64,000 nucleotides of DNA. It comes from Macrostomum lignano (lineage: Eukaryota). This document shows, piece after piece, positions 1-14,320 of this stretch. The stretch's first letter is position 1. Each line of letters opens with the position of its first letter. Location of the stretch: positions 1 through 64,000 of the forward strand of contig NIVC01003398.1 in assembly GCA_002269645.1 (NCBI GenBank), given 5' to 3'. The notes under the pieces are model-generated. The model saw nothing but the letters and a program-made list of their open reading frames with translations. It was not told the DNA's origin and made no database searches. The translations under genes and the position numbers were made by a program.

Positions 1-480
1 TAAGGGTTGTAAAATACTTAGGGGGAATCTAACAGATTGTCAAGGACTTAAGGGGAATCTAACACATTGTCAAGGACTCAAGGAGAATCTCTATCAGATT
101 GTCAAGGACTCAAGGAGAATCTCTATCAGATTGTCAAGGACTCAAGGAGAATCTCTATCAAATTGTCAAGGATTCACGGGGAATTGCCATCAGCTGTTCA
201 AAGGCTTAAGGGGAATCTCTATCAGACTGTCAAGGACTCAAGGGAAATCTCTATCAGACTGTCAAGGTCAAGGGGAATCTAACAGATTGTCAAGGACTCA
301 AAGGGAATCTCTATCAGATTGTCAAGGACTCAAAGGGAATCTCTATCAGATTGTCATGGGCTCAATGAGAATCTCTATCAGATTGTCAAGGACTCAAAGA
401 GAATCTCTATCAGATTGTCAAGGATTCACGGGGAATTGCCATCAGCTGTTCAAGGACTCCAGGGGAATTGCTCCAAGGCT
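1..480. repeat. 30-31 bp minisatellite (gggaatctctatcagattgtcaaggactcaa) in an RGS intron
   Basis: Direct tandem units. The variant unit ggattcacggggaattgccatcagctgttc appears near 171 and 422. Confidence 0.9.
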
Positions 481-579
481 CCAAAGGTGGTGAGGGATTA
501 TATACGGGCACTGCAGCTGTTAAATTGCCAGATGTTCCAACTTAAGCTCGCAGCAATCCCCTGCTATTCTAATATTTAG

Positions 580-837
580 AAAGCAGGACCGGCTGGAGCG
601 CATGGTGCTGGAGAGTCAGGAGCGCGGCTTCTGGCTGCTGCACCGGCCGCCGCCGGGCGCGGTAGTGGCCAACGAGGTGGACATGCGCAAGCTGTGCAGA
701 TCCAAGCGGCCAGTCAAGGCAGCTAATAGGTCGGCCAGCTTCCCATACCGAGCGGCCGTCTCAGCCCCATTGAGTCCTGCGAACCGGCCGTCCGGGCTGA
801 CAAGCTGCGCCAGGCCCTGTCTCGAAGTCGGGTCAAG
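580..837 (+). CDS. R7-family RGS protein, internal exon(s): DHEX end and GGL start
   Basis: Acceptor tatttag|A at 579/580. Reads [37 protein letters not shown], like RGS7 DSQERAFWDVHRPVPG..EVDIKK. The 3' part reads [16 protein letters not shown] in another frame and ends at donor AAG|gttagt (838). Earlier exons lie upstream of the window. Confidence 0.85.
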
Positions 838-935
838 GTTAGTGGCTTGGATTACAGGACTGGTTTAGTGTGCGTCCCTGAACTGACCAATGGTCGTGGC
901 GCGAGTCGGACCTTTGTCTGTGCTTTGGGGCCCAG

Positions 936-997
936 AGAGTGTACATGTCTGACGATTAGACAGTCACAAGGGCCGCTGTTCACCCTGTGTATGAGTG
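936..997 (+). mobile_element. Fragment of the same SINE-like body in the RGS intron
   Basis: agtgtacatgtctgacgat..gggccgctgttcaccctgtgtatgagtg aligns by eye to the reverse complement of 52197-52255. Confidence 0.5.
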
Positions 998-1372
998 CAG
1001 TGCGTGCCAGCATACATTACATGTGCAACACCCGGCCCAGTCTGAGGGGCTCAGCCAAGCAAGTCCCACCCGAAAAAACAACTAGACGTAATACTAATTA
1101 GCTGACGAGGCATTTAGCCTTAATAATGCAGTTAATGTTACTCGTACCGTTTACCTAAAATTACGTTAATTAGCATAGCATAGGTAAGTCGCATTTTTGG
1201 TCAAAAAGTAAGTCGTGGGCAGAATTGCCTCAGCGCCCGTTGCTTGACAATGTCGGCGTTATTAATTTTATAGAAATTCCATCAGACTCTGCGACTGGCG
1301 ACATGTATCGAAAACACTTAAAAAGTGATATATAGTTGTGATTTAAATTCGCGCCACTACCAACGCACACAG

Positions 1373-2032
1373 GTATCGAAGGCGGCGGAAAGCGTACTAG
1401 CTTACTATCAGCAGTACAGCGAATTCGATGCATTCATTGGCGGCGGCCTGCCGGACCAATGCCAAAATCCTTGGGTGTCGGACAGCGCTGAATTCTGGGA
1501 GTCGGACAAACGCATGCGGGACATCCCCGGCCGGCGGGTGAAGCGCTGGGCGTTTAGCATCCACGAGCTGCTGCGCGACCCGGCTGGCCGGCAGGAATTC
1601 GAAAAATGGCTGGTGAAGGAGGTCAGCGGCGAGAATCTGGCCTTCTGGGAGGCCTGCCAGCAGCTCAGGCGGCTGCCTATCGGGCAGGTGGCTCGCGAGG
1701 TGCAGCGGATCTACGATACGTTTCTCGGCCCGGACGCCACCGAGCCGGTGAACGTGGCCGGGCCAGTGGCCGAGGCTGTCCGACGCCGCATGGAAGGCCC
1801 GCCGGACCGGTTCGCATTCGAAGTGGCCGAGGAGCACATCTTCCAGCTGATGAAGGTTGACTCCTATAACAGATTTCTCCGATCGGATTATTACAAAGAC
1901 CTGCTGGCCGGATGCAAAAAGAAGAGTAAAAAACGGTTTCCAAGCGATGTTCGACGCAACCTGCTGGCCGGCTCCGAAACCAACGACTCTGGCGGCGCCG
2001 GCGGCGGCGGCAACGGAGGCGAAAGATTATGA
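1373..2032 (+). CDS. R7-family RGS protein (RGS6/7/9/11, EGL-10/EAT-16 type), terminal exon: GGL and RGS domains
   Basis: Acceptor cacacag|GTA, phase 0. Contains VSKAAESVLAYYQQYSEFDAF..NPWVSD (GGL), then RVKRWAFSIHELLRDPAGRQEFEKWL..SGENLAFW..EHIFQLMKVDSYNRFLRSDYY (RGS box). Stop TGA at 2030-2032. Mixed RGS7-like and RGS9/11-like residues, so no single orthologue is assigned. Confidence 0.95.
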   Translation, partial: VSKAAESVLAYYQQYSEFDAFIGGGLPDQCQNPWVSDSAEFWESDKRMRDIPGRRVKRWAFSIHELLRDPAGRQEFEKWLVKEVSGENLAFWEACQQLRRLPIGQVAREVQRIYDTFLGPDATEPVNVAGPVAEAVRRRMEGPPDRFAFEVAEEHIFQLMKVDSYNRFLRSDYYKDLLAGCKKKSKKRFPSDVRRNLLAGSETNDSGGAGGGGNGGERL

Positions 2033-2210
2033 AAATTAAAGTAATTCATTTAGCGCTTCTTGTCGTATTCTTTCTGTTGCTAATTTAGCTGTTATTGGCT
2101 ACTTTTATTATAAGTAGCATAGTTAGCGTGATCACGTCATTTTTTGTGCGCCATCATTGCCATGGCTGTTTGACTGATTAGAATAGAGGGTCTGCGGCTA
2201 TGACTAAACT

Positions 2211-2500
2211 GACTGCTTCTGAGGTCATGACTAGACTGCTTCTGAGGTCATGACTAGACTGCTTCTGAGGTCATGACTAGACTGCTTCTGAGGTCATGAC
2301 TAGACTGCTTCTGAGGTCATGACTAGACTGCTTCTGAGGTCATGACTAGACTGCTTCTGAGGTCATGACTAGACTGCTTCTGAGGTCATGACTAGACTGC
2401 TTCTGAGGTCATGACTAGGCTGCTTCTGAGGTCATGACTAGACTGCTTCTGAGGTCATGACTAGACTGCTTCTGAGGTCATGACTAGATTGCTTCTGAGC
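2211..2500. repeat. 23-bp minisatellite ctgcttctgaggtcatgactaga
   Basis: About 12 near-perfect copies, period 23. Confidence 0.95.
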
Positions 2501-3310
2501 TAGGTATGACTTAAGGTCATAGCTAAATATAGCTTGAGATCAAAGCTGGATGGTCTGAGGTCATAGCTAGATATAGCTTGAGATCAAAGCTGGGTGGTTT
2601 TAGGTCATAGCTAGAAGGTTTGAGGTCATAGCTAGATGGCTCATAGCTAGATAGCTTGAGGTCATAGCTAGATGGCTCATAGCTAGATGGCTTGAGGTCA
2701 TAGCTAGATGGCTTGAGGCCATAGCTATAGCTTGAGATCATAGGTATAGCTTGAGGTCATAGCTAGATGGCTTGAAGCCATAGATATAGCTTGAGATCAT
2801 AGGTATAGCTTGAGGTCATAGCTAGATGGCTTGAGGTCATAGCTAGATGGCTTGAGGTCATAGCTAGATGGCTTGAGGTCATAGCTAGATGGCTTGAGGT
2901 CATAGCTAGATGGCTTGAGGTCATAGCTAGATGGCTTGAGGTCATAGCTAGATGGCTTGAGGTCATAGCTAGATGGCTTGAGGTCATAGCTAGATGGCTC
3001 ATAGCTAGATGGCTTGAGGTCATAGCTAGATGGCTTGAGGCCATAGATATAGCTTGAGGTCATAGCTAGATGGCTTGAGGTCATAGCTAGATGGCTTGAG
3101 GCCATAGATATAGCTTGAGATCATAGGTATAGCTTGAGGTCATAGCTAGATGGCTCATAGCTAAATGGCTTGAGGTCATAGCTAGATGGCTCATAGCTAG
3201 ATGGCTCATAGCTAAATGGCTTGAGGTCATAGCTAGATGGCTTGAGGCCATAGATATAGCTTGAGATCATAGGTATAGCTTGAGGTCATAGCTAGATGGC
3301 TTGAGGTCAT
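2501..3310. repeat. 21-bp minisatellite ggcttgaggtcatagctagat
   Basis: Period 21 (TSSHLAM repeat in the minus ORFs), with shorter variants. Confidence 0.95.
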
Positions 3311-4329
3311 CGGTGTGGCAGCCTGTGTAATTCAATATTTCCGATCGCAATAGATCTTCGCTGCAATTTTCAGATTCTTTATTTTGCTTAAATATTCGTA
3401 TTAAGAATCTCTGGTTTTTACATTATCTAGTCTTTGACCGAAAAATTATACAAATGTTCTTTTCTATTAGAATTTCGTCTGTTATTTCTATACAGCCTAC
3501 TTCCGCAAGTAGTAGTCATGTCGGAGCATGCTCATTAGTCTTCTAAATAATATTCTGTTTACCAGTCCGCCCGGAAGTTTCACTGCTGGATAAATCTATG
3601 ATCAAAATAGATGTCTGTCAAGTCCTAGCTGTGCTGTCCTCGGTCCATTTTATACATTTTGCCTTCATCTTTAAGAATATGATTTTAACGAAAAAAGACA
3701 AAATAAGTTTCTTTTCGTCTTCCTTCTGTCATTGTTGTCTGTAAATAATATATTTTTTTGCCATTAATATTACCTATCAAGTTAGTATTTTAGTAATTCA
3801 GCCCACCGAATGTAAATATGAATTTGATCTATCATTTATAGATATTTTGTATATTTACACATTTTTGTGACTTTTCCTCCTGGCGCCCAGCAATGATGTT
3901 TTTAAGATTGTACGCAGCGTTTACTTGTTGTGCGATCTGAATGTGTCAGTGCAAATCTAATAGATTTATATTGATTTGACTTCTTTGTTCTGGTCGCTGC
4001 TTCTCCTCGCTCTTCTTCTCTCTCCAAACCATCTGTTTTCTGTTAGCGTACTTAAAAAATAATATTAATGAAATTCATTCATATATCATAACGTTATTTT
4101 ACAATATTATTTTTTGAAGGAAATCAACGCAGCTATTTATTCTGTCCAAAAATCTGACTGCTCTCCGTGCTAGGCAGAGAAAAAACGAACTTTTGCTGAA
4201 CAGTTGATTGATTACATCATCTTGGCTTCGTTGTGTTTTATCTCTACGAGTAATTCGTGTTTACGAATCCTCGTAGTCTTCAGGGATCAATGTGCATTGG
4301 ACGTACATTGGAATTTAGATTGAATGTAG

Positions 4330-4800
4330 AAGACACGTGGCTGTATATTGATAATAGAAGATGAGTTGATGTACATTGGCTATAAAAGACAGGTGGTGAA
4401 GAATGTACATTGGTCGTCGCAGCGGGTGTACATTGTAGGAGATAATTGGGGTACATTGTATGAGATAAGCGGGTGTACATTGTATGAGAAACGTGGGTGT
4501 GAATTGTAGGAGATAACTGGTTGTAAAGGGAGGGGTTTACATTGCAAGAGATAAGTGGGTAAATTGTAAACGATAAGCGGGTGTACATTGTTGTACGCTC
4601 GTAGGAGATAAGTGGGGTACATTGCATGAGATAAGTGCAGGGGGGTACATTGTAGAAGATAAGCGGTTGTAAAGGGATGGTTGTACATTGCAAGAGATAA
4701 GTGGGTAAATTGTAAACAAGCGGGTGTACATTGTAGGAGATAAGTGGGGTGTGTATATAAGTGGGGGTACATTGTAAGAGATAATTAGTAGGTGCTAGTA
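4330..4800. repeat. Degenerate repeat with gataagcgggtgtacattgta core
   Basis: Recurrent tgtacattg and gagataag motifs at irregular spacing. Confidence 0.75.
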
Positions 4801-5589
4801 GATAAGCAGGTAAGTCCACGAGCGCACATTCAGTTAAAGAGATAAAACCAATTAGAAAGCCAGCATTTTTTAACTTACTGGGTTCCTATTCTGTAAGCAA
4901 ATAATTGTGTGCAAGTACGAGCTACTTTGTATTCGCAGGCGATGCAAGTACTGTAGTATCAAATATTTGATTTCAACTCTGTCTAGCACTGTTTTCATAC
5001 ATGCAGCTCGCAGCGCTAAAGGCGCCCGAAATTGCATTTCCTGGAATGGCACGGCTGTAAGAGGATTCCTGGAATTCGTTTGCGCACAGCGGGCCGGAAC
5101 TTCCCGCTAAGATAATCAGCCATTCCGTTGGTGCAATCTCAAAAAAAACACTCCGGCTTGCATGGGCTCTTGGTATACAGTAGGTCTTGCTGGCGATGCT
5201 GATGTTTCACTTTTTGACTGACAGCTCGGGCTAAATGTATATCTAAGGATTTGTATTCGATGGATGGGCGGCAGTGCCGCTAGAGAGGCTGATTATACAT
5301 GGGGGCGATCTGGCTGGGGAGGCGTCGTGTACTAATAAAATGAAAGGCCGGCAATAGAAACCATACTCGTATCATGCTAAAACGTGAGATATACGGTATG
5401 TACTTTGACTGCGCATGTGTGTCAATTATGTACATCTATAGATACATGTATGGGTTTTGTCTGAAATGTACCTCAAGAAAAAATAATATCATCTTTTAAA
5501 AGGAAGTTCGCAGATTCTCGGTCAACGAGTTCAACGAAAAACACCTGAGCGTGCTGAGCTCGCCATCCTGTCCTCAACTGTTTGAAGGC

Positions 5590-6250
5590 GCCGAGAGTCA
5601 GATTCGACAGGTTGGTACAGAGGTAGCATTAAGTGTCGGCCTAGTTGTCAACACGCTGAAGACCGAGGTGCTTATAAGCACACACATGCCGCAAGTCAGA
5701 GGACTCGTATGAGCGCCCTACCGGTCGATTCGCGCCGTCCTTCAGTCCGAAGCGCTGCCTGACCGCCAGAGGGCTCGGCTGTGGCAGGCGGTGGTCAAGA
5801 CCGTCCTGCTGTACAACGCCGAGACGTGGACGCTGACGGCTACGTTGGAGCGGCAGCTGGACTCGGCGCACTCAGGGCTGCTCCGTGCGGCCTTTCGAGC
5901 TGACGAGAGCGTCGGGACCGAGGCCCTGTACGATCGGGCCAAGCTGCAGCGCCCCTCCATCATCCTGCACCGGTGGCGACTTCAACTGGCGGGTCACGTG
6001 ATCCGGGCCGAGGGCTACTGCCCCCAACCTGTTCAGGACGTCCTGCTGCTCACCTTGCGGGGCCCGTTCAGGCGGGGTCAGGCTCGAACCCGTCGGTACG
6101 TGGACTGCCTGCTGTGCGACGCTGGGGCGCCCGACACTGCCAACGGAGCGGACTTCGTCCGCTCTCAGGCTTTGCGGCGCGCCATCTGACACACCCTGCT
6201 ATAACTGTGACCTTGCATGCGGGGCTGCGTACTTTGTTGTTGTTGTTATT
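5590..6250 (+). mobile_element. Decayed, 5'-truncated non-LTR retrotransposon (RTE-like LINE) 3' fragment
   Basis: One frame reads ..SVGLVVNTLKTEVL..RGLV*APYRSIRAV..LWQAVVKTVLLYNAETWTLT..LDSAHSGLLRAAF..RLQLAGHVIR, typical of the LINE RT C-terminal region. In-frame TGA at 5710-5712. Short (TTG)n tail at 6234-6250, as in RTE elements. Confidence 0.8.
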
Positions 6251-6848
6251 CTAAAGCAGATCCCTGCTGACCGGCAGTTCATACTGTGGCCAGGGCTATG
6301 CAGAAGTAGCATTCGATGAGGAGCTGCAAGCAATAAGGCGATTTAGATTTGAGATCTGCCTCGACTTTCGCTTGCTGGAATTTCTCGCAATCGGCTACAC
6401 TTTGCGCTGGCTAATTCTGTGCTTTCTGCAATTTGCTGCCTCTAGGAGAAAGCGCAACATTATTACTCGGCCATGCAGTATGCCAAGACAAAATCTCTGT
6501 CTGTTTCGAATTACGCTATGGGCTACAGTTGGATTTTGCAGTTGTGCTTCCCTGGCGAACCTCTCTGTCTCCAAGTAGCATATTAAAGCCTTAATTTGAG
6601 CCAGAAATCATGCCAGTCAGACTCACTCAACTAACTAAGGGTTGCTCAACAGATTGGCCGGACGCTGCCATGCTGAGCGATTCCGAGAGATTCATGTCAA
6701 TTGCAAGCCAATTAGAGTTTGGTCTGCATGGGGGCTCCGGGCAATGTAGCAGACCAAATTAAGCCGACAGCGGACCCACAGCCAGGGAGGGGGCGCAGCA
6801 GTCAGGTCCGTTCTTCCTCTGGTAGCATGACAACTGCAGACAGGGCAG

Positions 6849-7483
6849 CCAGTTGTCGCTACAGTCAGTTGTCGCTACAGCCAGTTGTCGCTACAGCCAG
6901 TTGTCGCTACAGCCAGTTGTCGCTACAGTCAGTTGTCGCTACAGTCAGTTGTCGCTACAGTCAGTTGTCGCTACAGCCAGTTGTCGCTACAGTCAGTTGT
7001 CGCTACAGTCAATTGTCGCTACAGTCAGTTGTCGCTACAGTCAGTTGTCGCTACAGTCAGTTGTCGCTACAGCCAGTTGTCGCTACAGTCAGTTGTCGCT
7101 ACAGCCAGTTGTCGCTACAGTCAGTTGTCGCTACAGTCAATTGTCGCTACAGTCAGTTGTCGCTACAGTCAGTTGTCGCTACAGCCAGTTGTCGCTACAG
7201 TCAGTTGTCGCTACAGCCAGTTGTCGCTACAGTCAGTTGTCGCTACAGTCAGTTGTCGCTACAGTCAGTTGTCGCTACAGCCAGTTGTCGCTACAGTCAG
7301 TTGTCGCTACAGTCAATTGTCGCTACAGTCAGTTGTCGCTACAGTCAGTTGTCGCTACAGCCAGTTGTCGCTACAGTCAGTTGTCGCTACAGCCAGTTGT
7401 CGCTACAGCCAGTTGTCGCTACAGTCAGTTGTCGCTACAGTCAGTTGTCGCTACAGTCAGTTGTCGCTACAGCCAGTTGTCGT
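6849..7483. repeat. 16-bp minisatellite agttgtcgctacag(t/c)c
   Basis: About 40 copies. No stops on + in any frame, which explains the three overlapping ORFs. Confidence 0.97.
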
Positions 7484-7710
7484 GCAGGCATGGTGTTACA
7501 GTATCAGTTTGACTTTTTCAACGACAGAAATGTACACTCTTTGTGCCTTACGGGTTGGCCCTTGTGGTCGAGAATCACACACAACTCATGCCAATGCACG
7601 AGGACCCCGTTTAAATTGGTCGCGCACAGAATCAAAACTTGGCGTACTTTGGTGCGGCAGTTGGACGAGTTAACCGCTGAGCATTTCATGACCTTGACAA
7701 TCTTAGAGAC

Positions 7711-7842
<132 letters not shown>

Positions 7843-9452
7843 AGAGAGAGTGGACTAGGACTTTCCCTCTACAGCTGGCCCCTATGTACATTTGGGCTCT
7901 GGTGGAGAGAGCTGTGAATGTACATCTGTATAATGGGGTGGGTTAGGGGTTTGTCGGGTTAACATGTGTACATTGGGGCAGAGGTTGGGCGCAGAGTGTG
8001 AATGCATTTAGGCTATCATAGAATTTTCCGTCTCGCTTGTAAAATCACCAGGATGTCTAAACTCGAGTGTGACACGGGCCCTGCTCCATCGCTTTGATTT
8101 AAACATCGCGTTCAAATGACCTCCGAAAGGTGGTTTTGTCATGCCGTTTAAAACTAAATTATTCAGAGTTACCGACAGCTGCAAAGAAGCCCTTTGAATG
8201 CTAATGAAACAGACAGAACCTCAATTGAATAGAGAGAATTTTCATTTGCATTTGTACTCTATGGCACGTCATTTCGAAGTCATTTATAATTAACCATCAA
8301 TAGTTCAGCTGCAACTTGTACTTCAAGATTGTGACTGTTAGATTTTCTAGATTTTACTAGGTTTACATATATTATAGTATATATTTTCACTTAAACAAAA
8401 TCAAGCCTTTGAATATGTTTACCAAGAAAAGCTTTAGCGGTCCTATTGGCTCCAACATAGAGGAGCGCTTATGCGAGCTATATTTAACCGAAGTACAAAG
8501 ACGCTTTAGTCGGCTTTCTTAGAAATCACCTGGAGGGCCAGTACATTTACGTAGTATGCTGTCGAGAACGCATAACGTTGAATGAGGTTTCACAGAGAAA
8601 AATATTGTTATCAATTCCGTAAATTAGTTCTGTAAACAACTATACGATTAATAAAAATAATAGCGTACTCGAATATGTACTACAATTATGTTAATTACAA
8701 TAGCAAGTACTGCCTGTCATTCAAATTTGGGGGCAATGCAGATTAATAAATTAGCTAGCTGGACAATATGAACTACACGAGTTAAATCAATAATATAAAT
8801 TACAATGACAAGCGGATAGCAGATAAGCGTCATTCAAAACACACTGGGATTATCTAGCTGCATGTTACATTCTTTCAATACTAATCAATGCAAAACAACA
8901 TTTCTCACACAACTGCACAGTATATAGTACAAGCAATAAATTAAATGATGAAAACTGACACTGCATTCACACCCTGTTTCCGGGGATCCACGGGTTCCGA
9001 TAAGGGGAAGTCACCTGTCAAAGTTCAGGAGAACGCGATTGAGTCCACAGCTGAGAGCACGCTCGTAGATTCCACTAAGAAGTTTGCGTGTGCACCCCGT
9101 GAGAAGACTGCCAGTCCTCATAAAAAGTACATTTCTTGAACTCAATATAGGGCTTCTATTAAGTCAGGTGAGAAAGGAGAACTTTATGAAAGAGCAGGCA
9201 AGGGAAGCAAGAAAAACCAATGCGGCATGGATTATTTCGGGTGAAAATATTGCTCGATAAAAAATAAAAACATTTTCATTTAGCGACTGTACAGAAGGGC
9301 AGAGTTGCCCGTTGCTTTTCAAGCAGTAGAAGTTTCTGGGGTGACAGCGCGTCAACTGCTTGAGTCTGCAGATTCTTATAAATATTCATATCTAGCTGTG
9401 GTATGACTGCAGAACCGCCTCCTGAGACCCAATATGCATCGTCCTTCGTTCA

Positions 9453-10492
9453 TCAGTTCCCGTCCATCATCGGGGTCTCCTCAACCAAAGCAACCGGTGG
9501 GTCCACAGTGCCCGCGGCACATGCCGCCGCTTCGTTTCCCTGAGCGTCGTCGGCAGTCGGTCGGCGCCGCCTCCTCACACTTTGGTTGGCGTCGCGGCCT
9601 CCGTCTCCACCGCCGCAGCCGCCGCAGCCGACCAAGCTAGCGAAAGTGCGGCGGAACTGCGCCGACATCATGGTGTAGATGACGAAGTTCAGCGGATACG
9701 TGACCAGGATGGTGAAGTTGATGATCGGCACGGCGTAGCCAATCACAACATCGACGCTGTCCAGGTGTCCCTCCATCGCCAGCAGGTAGAGCGTCATCAC
9801 CACCGTCATCGGCAGCTCAACAACCAGGAACAGTCCGACAACCAAAGTCAGCATCGCCGTTGTCGTCGTCCCGGCATCCTCTCGTCGTCTTTTCCGACGT
9901 TTAGTCGACGCGCCGACGACGCTACCGCCGGCGTTGTTGGCTCGGACGCTGGCCGCGGCTGGCCGGCCCAGCAAACTCTTGCGTCTCCGCGTGGCCTGCC
10001 CGAGGCCCTTGATGAGCAGCGCGGTGAACACGAGCAGCAGCACCGAGGGCAGCAGGTTCACCAGCACGATGCGTGCGTAGATGACGGCTTTGAAAGCGGA
10101 TTTCTCTCGCTCCAGATTGCAGGAGACAACCAGGCGAGTGGAGGCCGACGATTCTGCATCGCTGGCAAGGGTGGACGCAGCCCATTTGTGCGGCCCGTCA
10201 ATGTAGTACCAGGCGCACATGACCAGGGTCGCGGTGCTGAATAAGCCGATCGTGATGCACACGGATGCTCGATTGGTGCAGAGCCGCTGCACGCGCACGG
10301 GGAAGTTGATGTAGATCCAGCGCTGGATCGCCAGGGCCACCGTCAGCCAGATTGACGTTGTGTGGAAAATTGTCGGCAGAGCGTTCGACGCTGCCACAGC
10401 CAGGTTGGCGGCGAGCGGACTGCTGCACAGCTGGGCGATGGTCCAGTCACGGGCGAACTCGGACACCAGGTACCACGGCAGGGGGAACAGGC
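9453..10492 (-). CDS. Rhodopsin-class peptide GPCR (sex peptide/MIP receptor-like), coding exon 2: TM2 end to C-terminus
   Basis: Acceptor cgcaccgccag|GC, phase 1, reading [11 protein letters not shown]3 [25 protein letters not shown]6 [18 protein letters not shown] and TM7 [26 protein letters not shown] match the SPR/MIP-receptor pattern (FHTASIWLTLALAVQRY; YPINFAIY..MS.QFR.TF). Confidence 0.92.
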
Positions 10493-10514
10493 CTGGCGGT
10501 GCGGGATTCGGGGC

Positions 10515-12076
<1,562 letters not shown>

Positions 12077-12651
12077 GTATGTAAAAAACTCGGAAAATCT
12101 TTGCTGTAAAGTACAACCAGTGGCTCTACAAAGACATGCTCATTAAAGCCGACTAAAAAGAATTTAACCGTTAAGCCAAAACAGGCTCACAGGAGCAGTT
12201 CAGGCACACACTGAGTGAGACCCTAGTCAATAATTCAGCAAGCTGCAGCTGCGCTGGCATTGAACACGGGGCCTCATCAAAAAGACAGCTGGCCCAAAGG
12301 AACGCCAAGCCAGAAGCCTGCAGTGCCAGCAAAGCTCCAACAGTCAATGAAGAAGGCGGGCGTTTAAAAATACAAGGCTGTATAACCTGGAATTTAATTG
12401 CCTTCATTCGTAGTCCCGCGTAAATGACTTTCTTGCAAAAAAGGATTAAGTGGCTTTGACCGATGCTTCCAAGTCAAATCCCTTAGAACTGCTCAGGGCT
12501 GAGGGGGTTTCACGCTATTCGATGGTAGCTAGAGAGGGTAAGAGAAGGGTAAGAGAACCTCCGCTCGCAAACACTGACGCGGTAAAGAGATGATGTAAGG
12601 TATTTTTACCGAGACTTTGGAATTTGAAAAATTATTCTCAAGGAAAAATAC

Positions 12652-14320
12652 AGGAGAGAGTGAGAGAGGGAAGAGAGAGTGAGAGAGGGAAGAGAGTGAG
12701 AGGGGAGAGAGAGTGAGAGAGGGAAGAGAGTGAGAGGGGAGAGAGAGTGAGAGAGGGGAGAGAGAGTGAGAGAGGGGAGAGAGTGAAAGAGGGAAGAGAG
12801 TGAGAGGGGAGAGAGAGTGAGAGAGGGGAGAGAGAGTGAGAGAGGGGAGACAGTGAAAGAGGGAAGAGAGTGAGAGGGGAGAGAGAGTGAGAGAGGGGAG
12901 AGAGAGTGAGAGAGGGGAGAGAGTGAAGGAGGGAAGAGAGTGAAAGAGGGGAGAGAGAGTGAAGGAGGGAAGAGAGAGTGAAAGAGGGGAGAGAGTGAAA
13001 GAGGGGAGAGAGAGTGAAGGAGGGAAGAGAGTGAAAGAGGGGAGAGAGAGTGAAGGAGGGAAGAGAGAGTGAAAGAGGGAAGAGAGTGAAAGAGGGGAGA
13101 GAGAGTGAAGGAGGGGAGAGAGAGTGAAAGAGGGAGAGAGAATGAGAGAGGGATAGAGGGAGAAAGGGAGAGAGGGAGAGAGGGAGAGAGGGAGAGAGGG
13201 AGAGAGTGAGAGAGAGGAGAGAGAGTGAGAGAGGGAGAGAGTGAGAGAGGAGAGAGAGTGAGAGAGGGGAGAGAGTGAGAGAGGGGAGAGAGAGTGAGGG
13301 AGGGGAGACAGAGTGAGAGAGGGGAGAGAGAGTAAGAGAGGGGAGAGAGTGAGAGAGGAGAGAGAGTGAGAGAGGGGAGAGAGAGTAAGAGAGGGGAGAG
13401 AGAGTGAAAGAGGGAAGAGAGTGAGAGAGGGGAGAGAGAGTGAGAGAGGGGAGAGAGAGTGAGAGAGGGGAGACAGTGAAAGAGGGAAGAGAGTGAAAGA
13501 GGGGAGAGAGAGTGAAGGAGGGGAGAGAGAGTGAAAGAGGGAAGAGAGTGAGAGAGGGGAGAGAGAGTGAGAGAGGGGAGAGAGTGAAAGAGGGAAGAGA
13601 GTGAAAGAGGGGAGAGAGAGTAAGAGAGGGGAGAGAGAGTGAGGGAGAGAGTGAGGGAGGGGAGAGAGAGTGAAAGAGGGAGAGAGTGAGAGAGAGGGAG
13701 AGAGTGAGGGAGGGAGAGAGTGAGAGAGAGGAGAGAGAGAGTGAGAGAGGGAGAGAGTGAGGGAGGGAGAGAGTGAGAGAGAGAAGAGAGAGTGAGGGAG
13801 GGAGAGAGAGTGAGGGAGGGAGAGAGAGTGAGGGAGGGGAGAGAGAGTGAGGGAGGGGAGAGAGAGTGAGGGAGGGGAGAGAGAGTGAGGGAGGGGAGAG
13901 AGAGTGAGGGAGGGAGAGAGAGTGAGAGAGAGGAGAGAGAGTGAGAGATGGAGAGAGTGAGAGAGAGGAGAGAGAGTGAGAGATGGAGAGAGTGAGAGAG
14001 AGGAGAGAGAGTGAGAGAGTGAGAGAGGGAGAGAGGGAGAGAGGGAGAGAGTGAGAGAGAGGAGAGAGAGTGAGAGAGGGAGAGAGTGAGAGAGAGGAGA
14101 GAGAGTGAGAGAGAGGAGAGAGAGTGAGAGAGGGGAGAGAGAGTGAAGGAGGGGAGAGAGAGTGAGGGAGGGGAGAGAGAGTGAGGGAGGGGAGAGAGAG
14201 TGAGGGAGGGAGAGAGAGTGAGAGAGGGAGAGAGTGAGGGAGGGGAGAGAGAGTGAGAGAGGCGAGAGCGAGGAAGGGAGAGAGAGTGAGAGAGGCGAGA
14301 GCGAGGAAGGGAGAGAGAGG
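12652..14320. repeat. Polypurine GA-rich compound repeat (gagagagtgagagagggga)
   Basis: Almost only G and A, with periodic gtga. Confidence 0.95.

Noticed and set aside
9582-10244. 220-aa plus-strand ORF
   Set aside because: Antisense shadow of the GC-rich GPCR exon with no domain signal. The same applies to minus ORFs overlapping the RGS and PKD exons.
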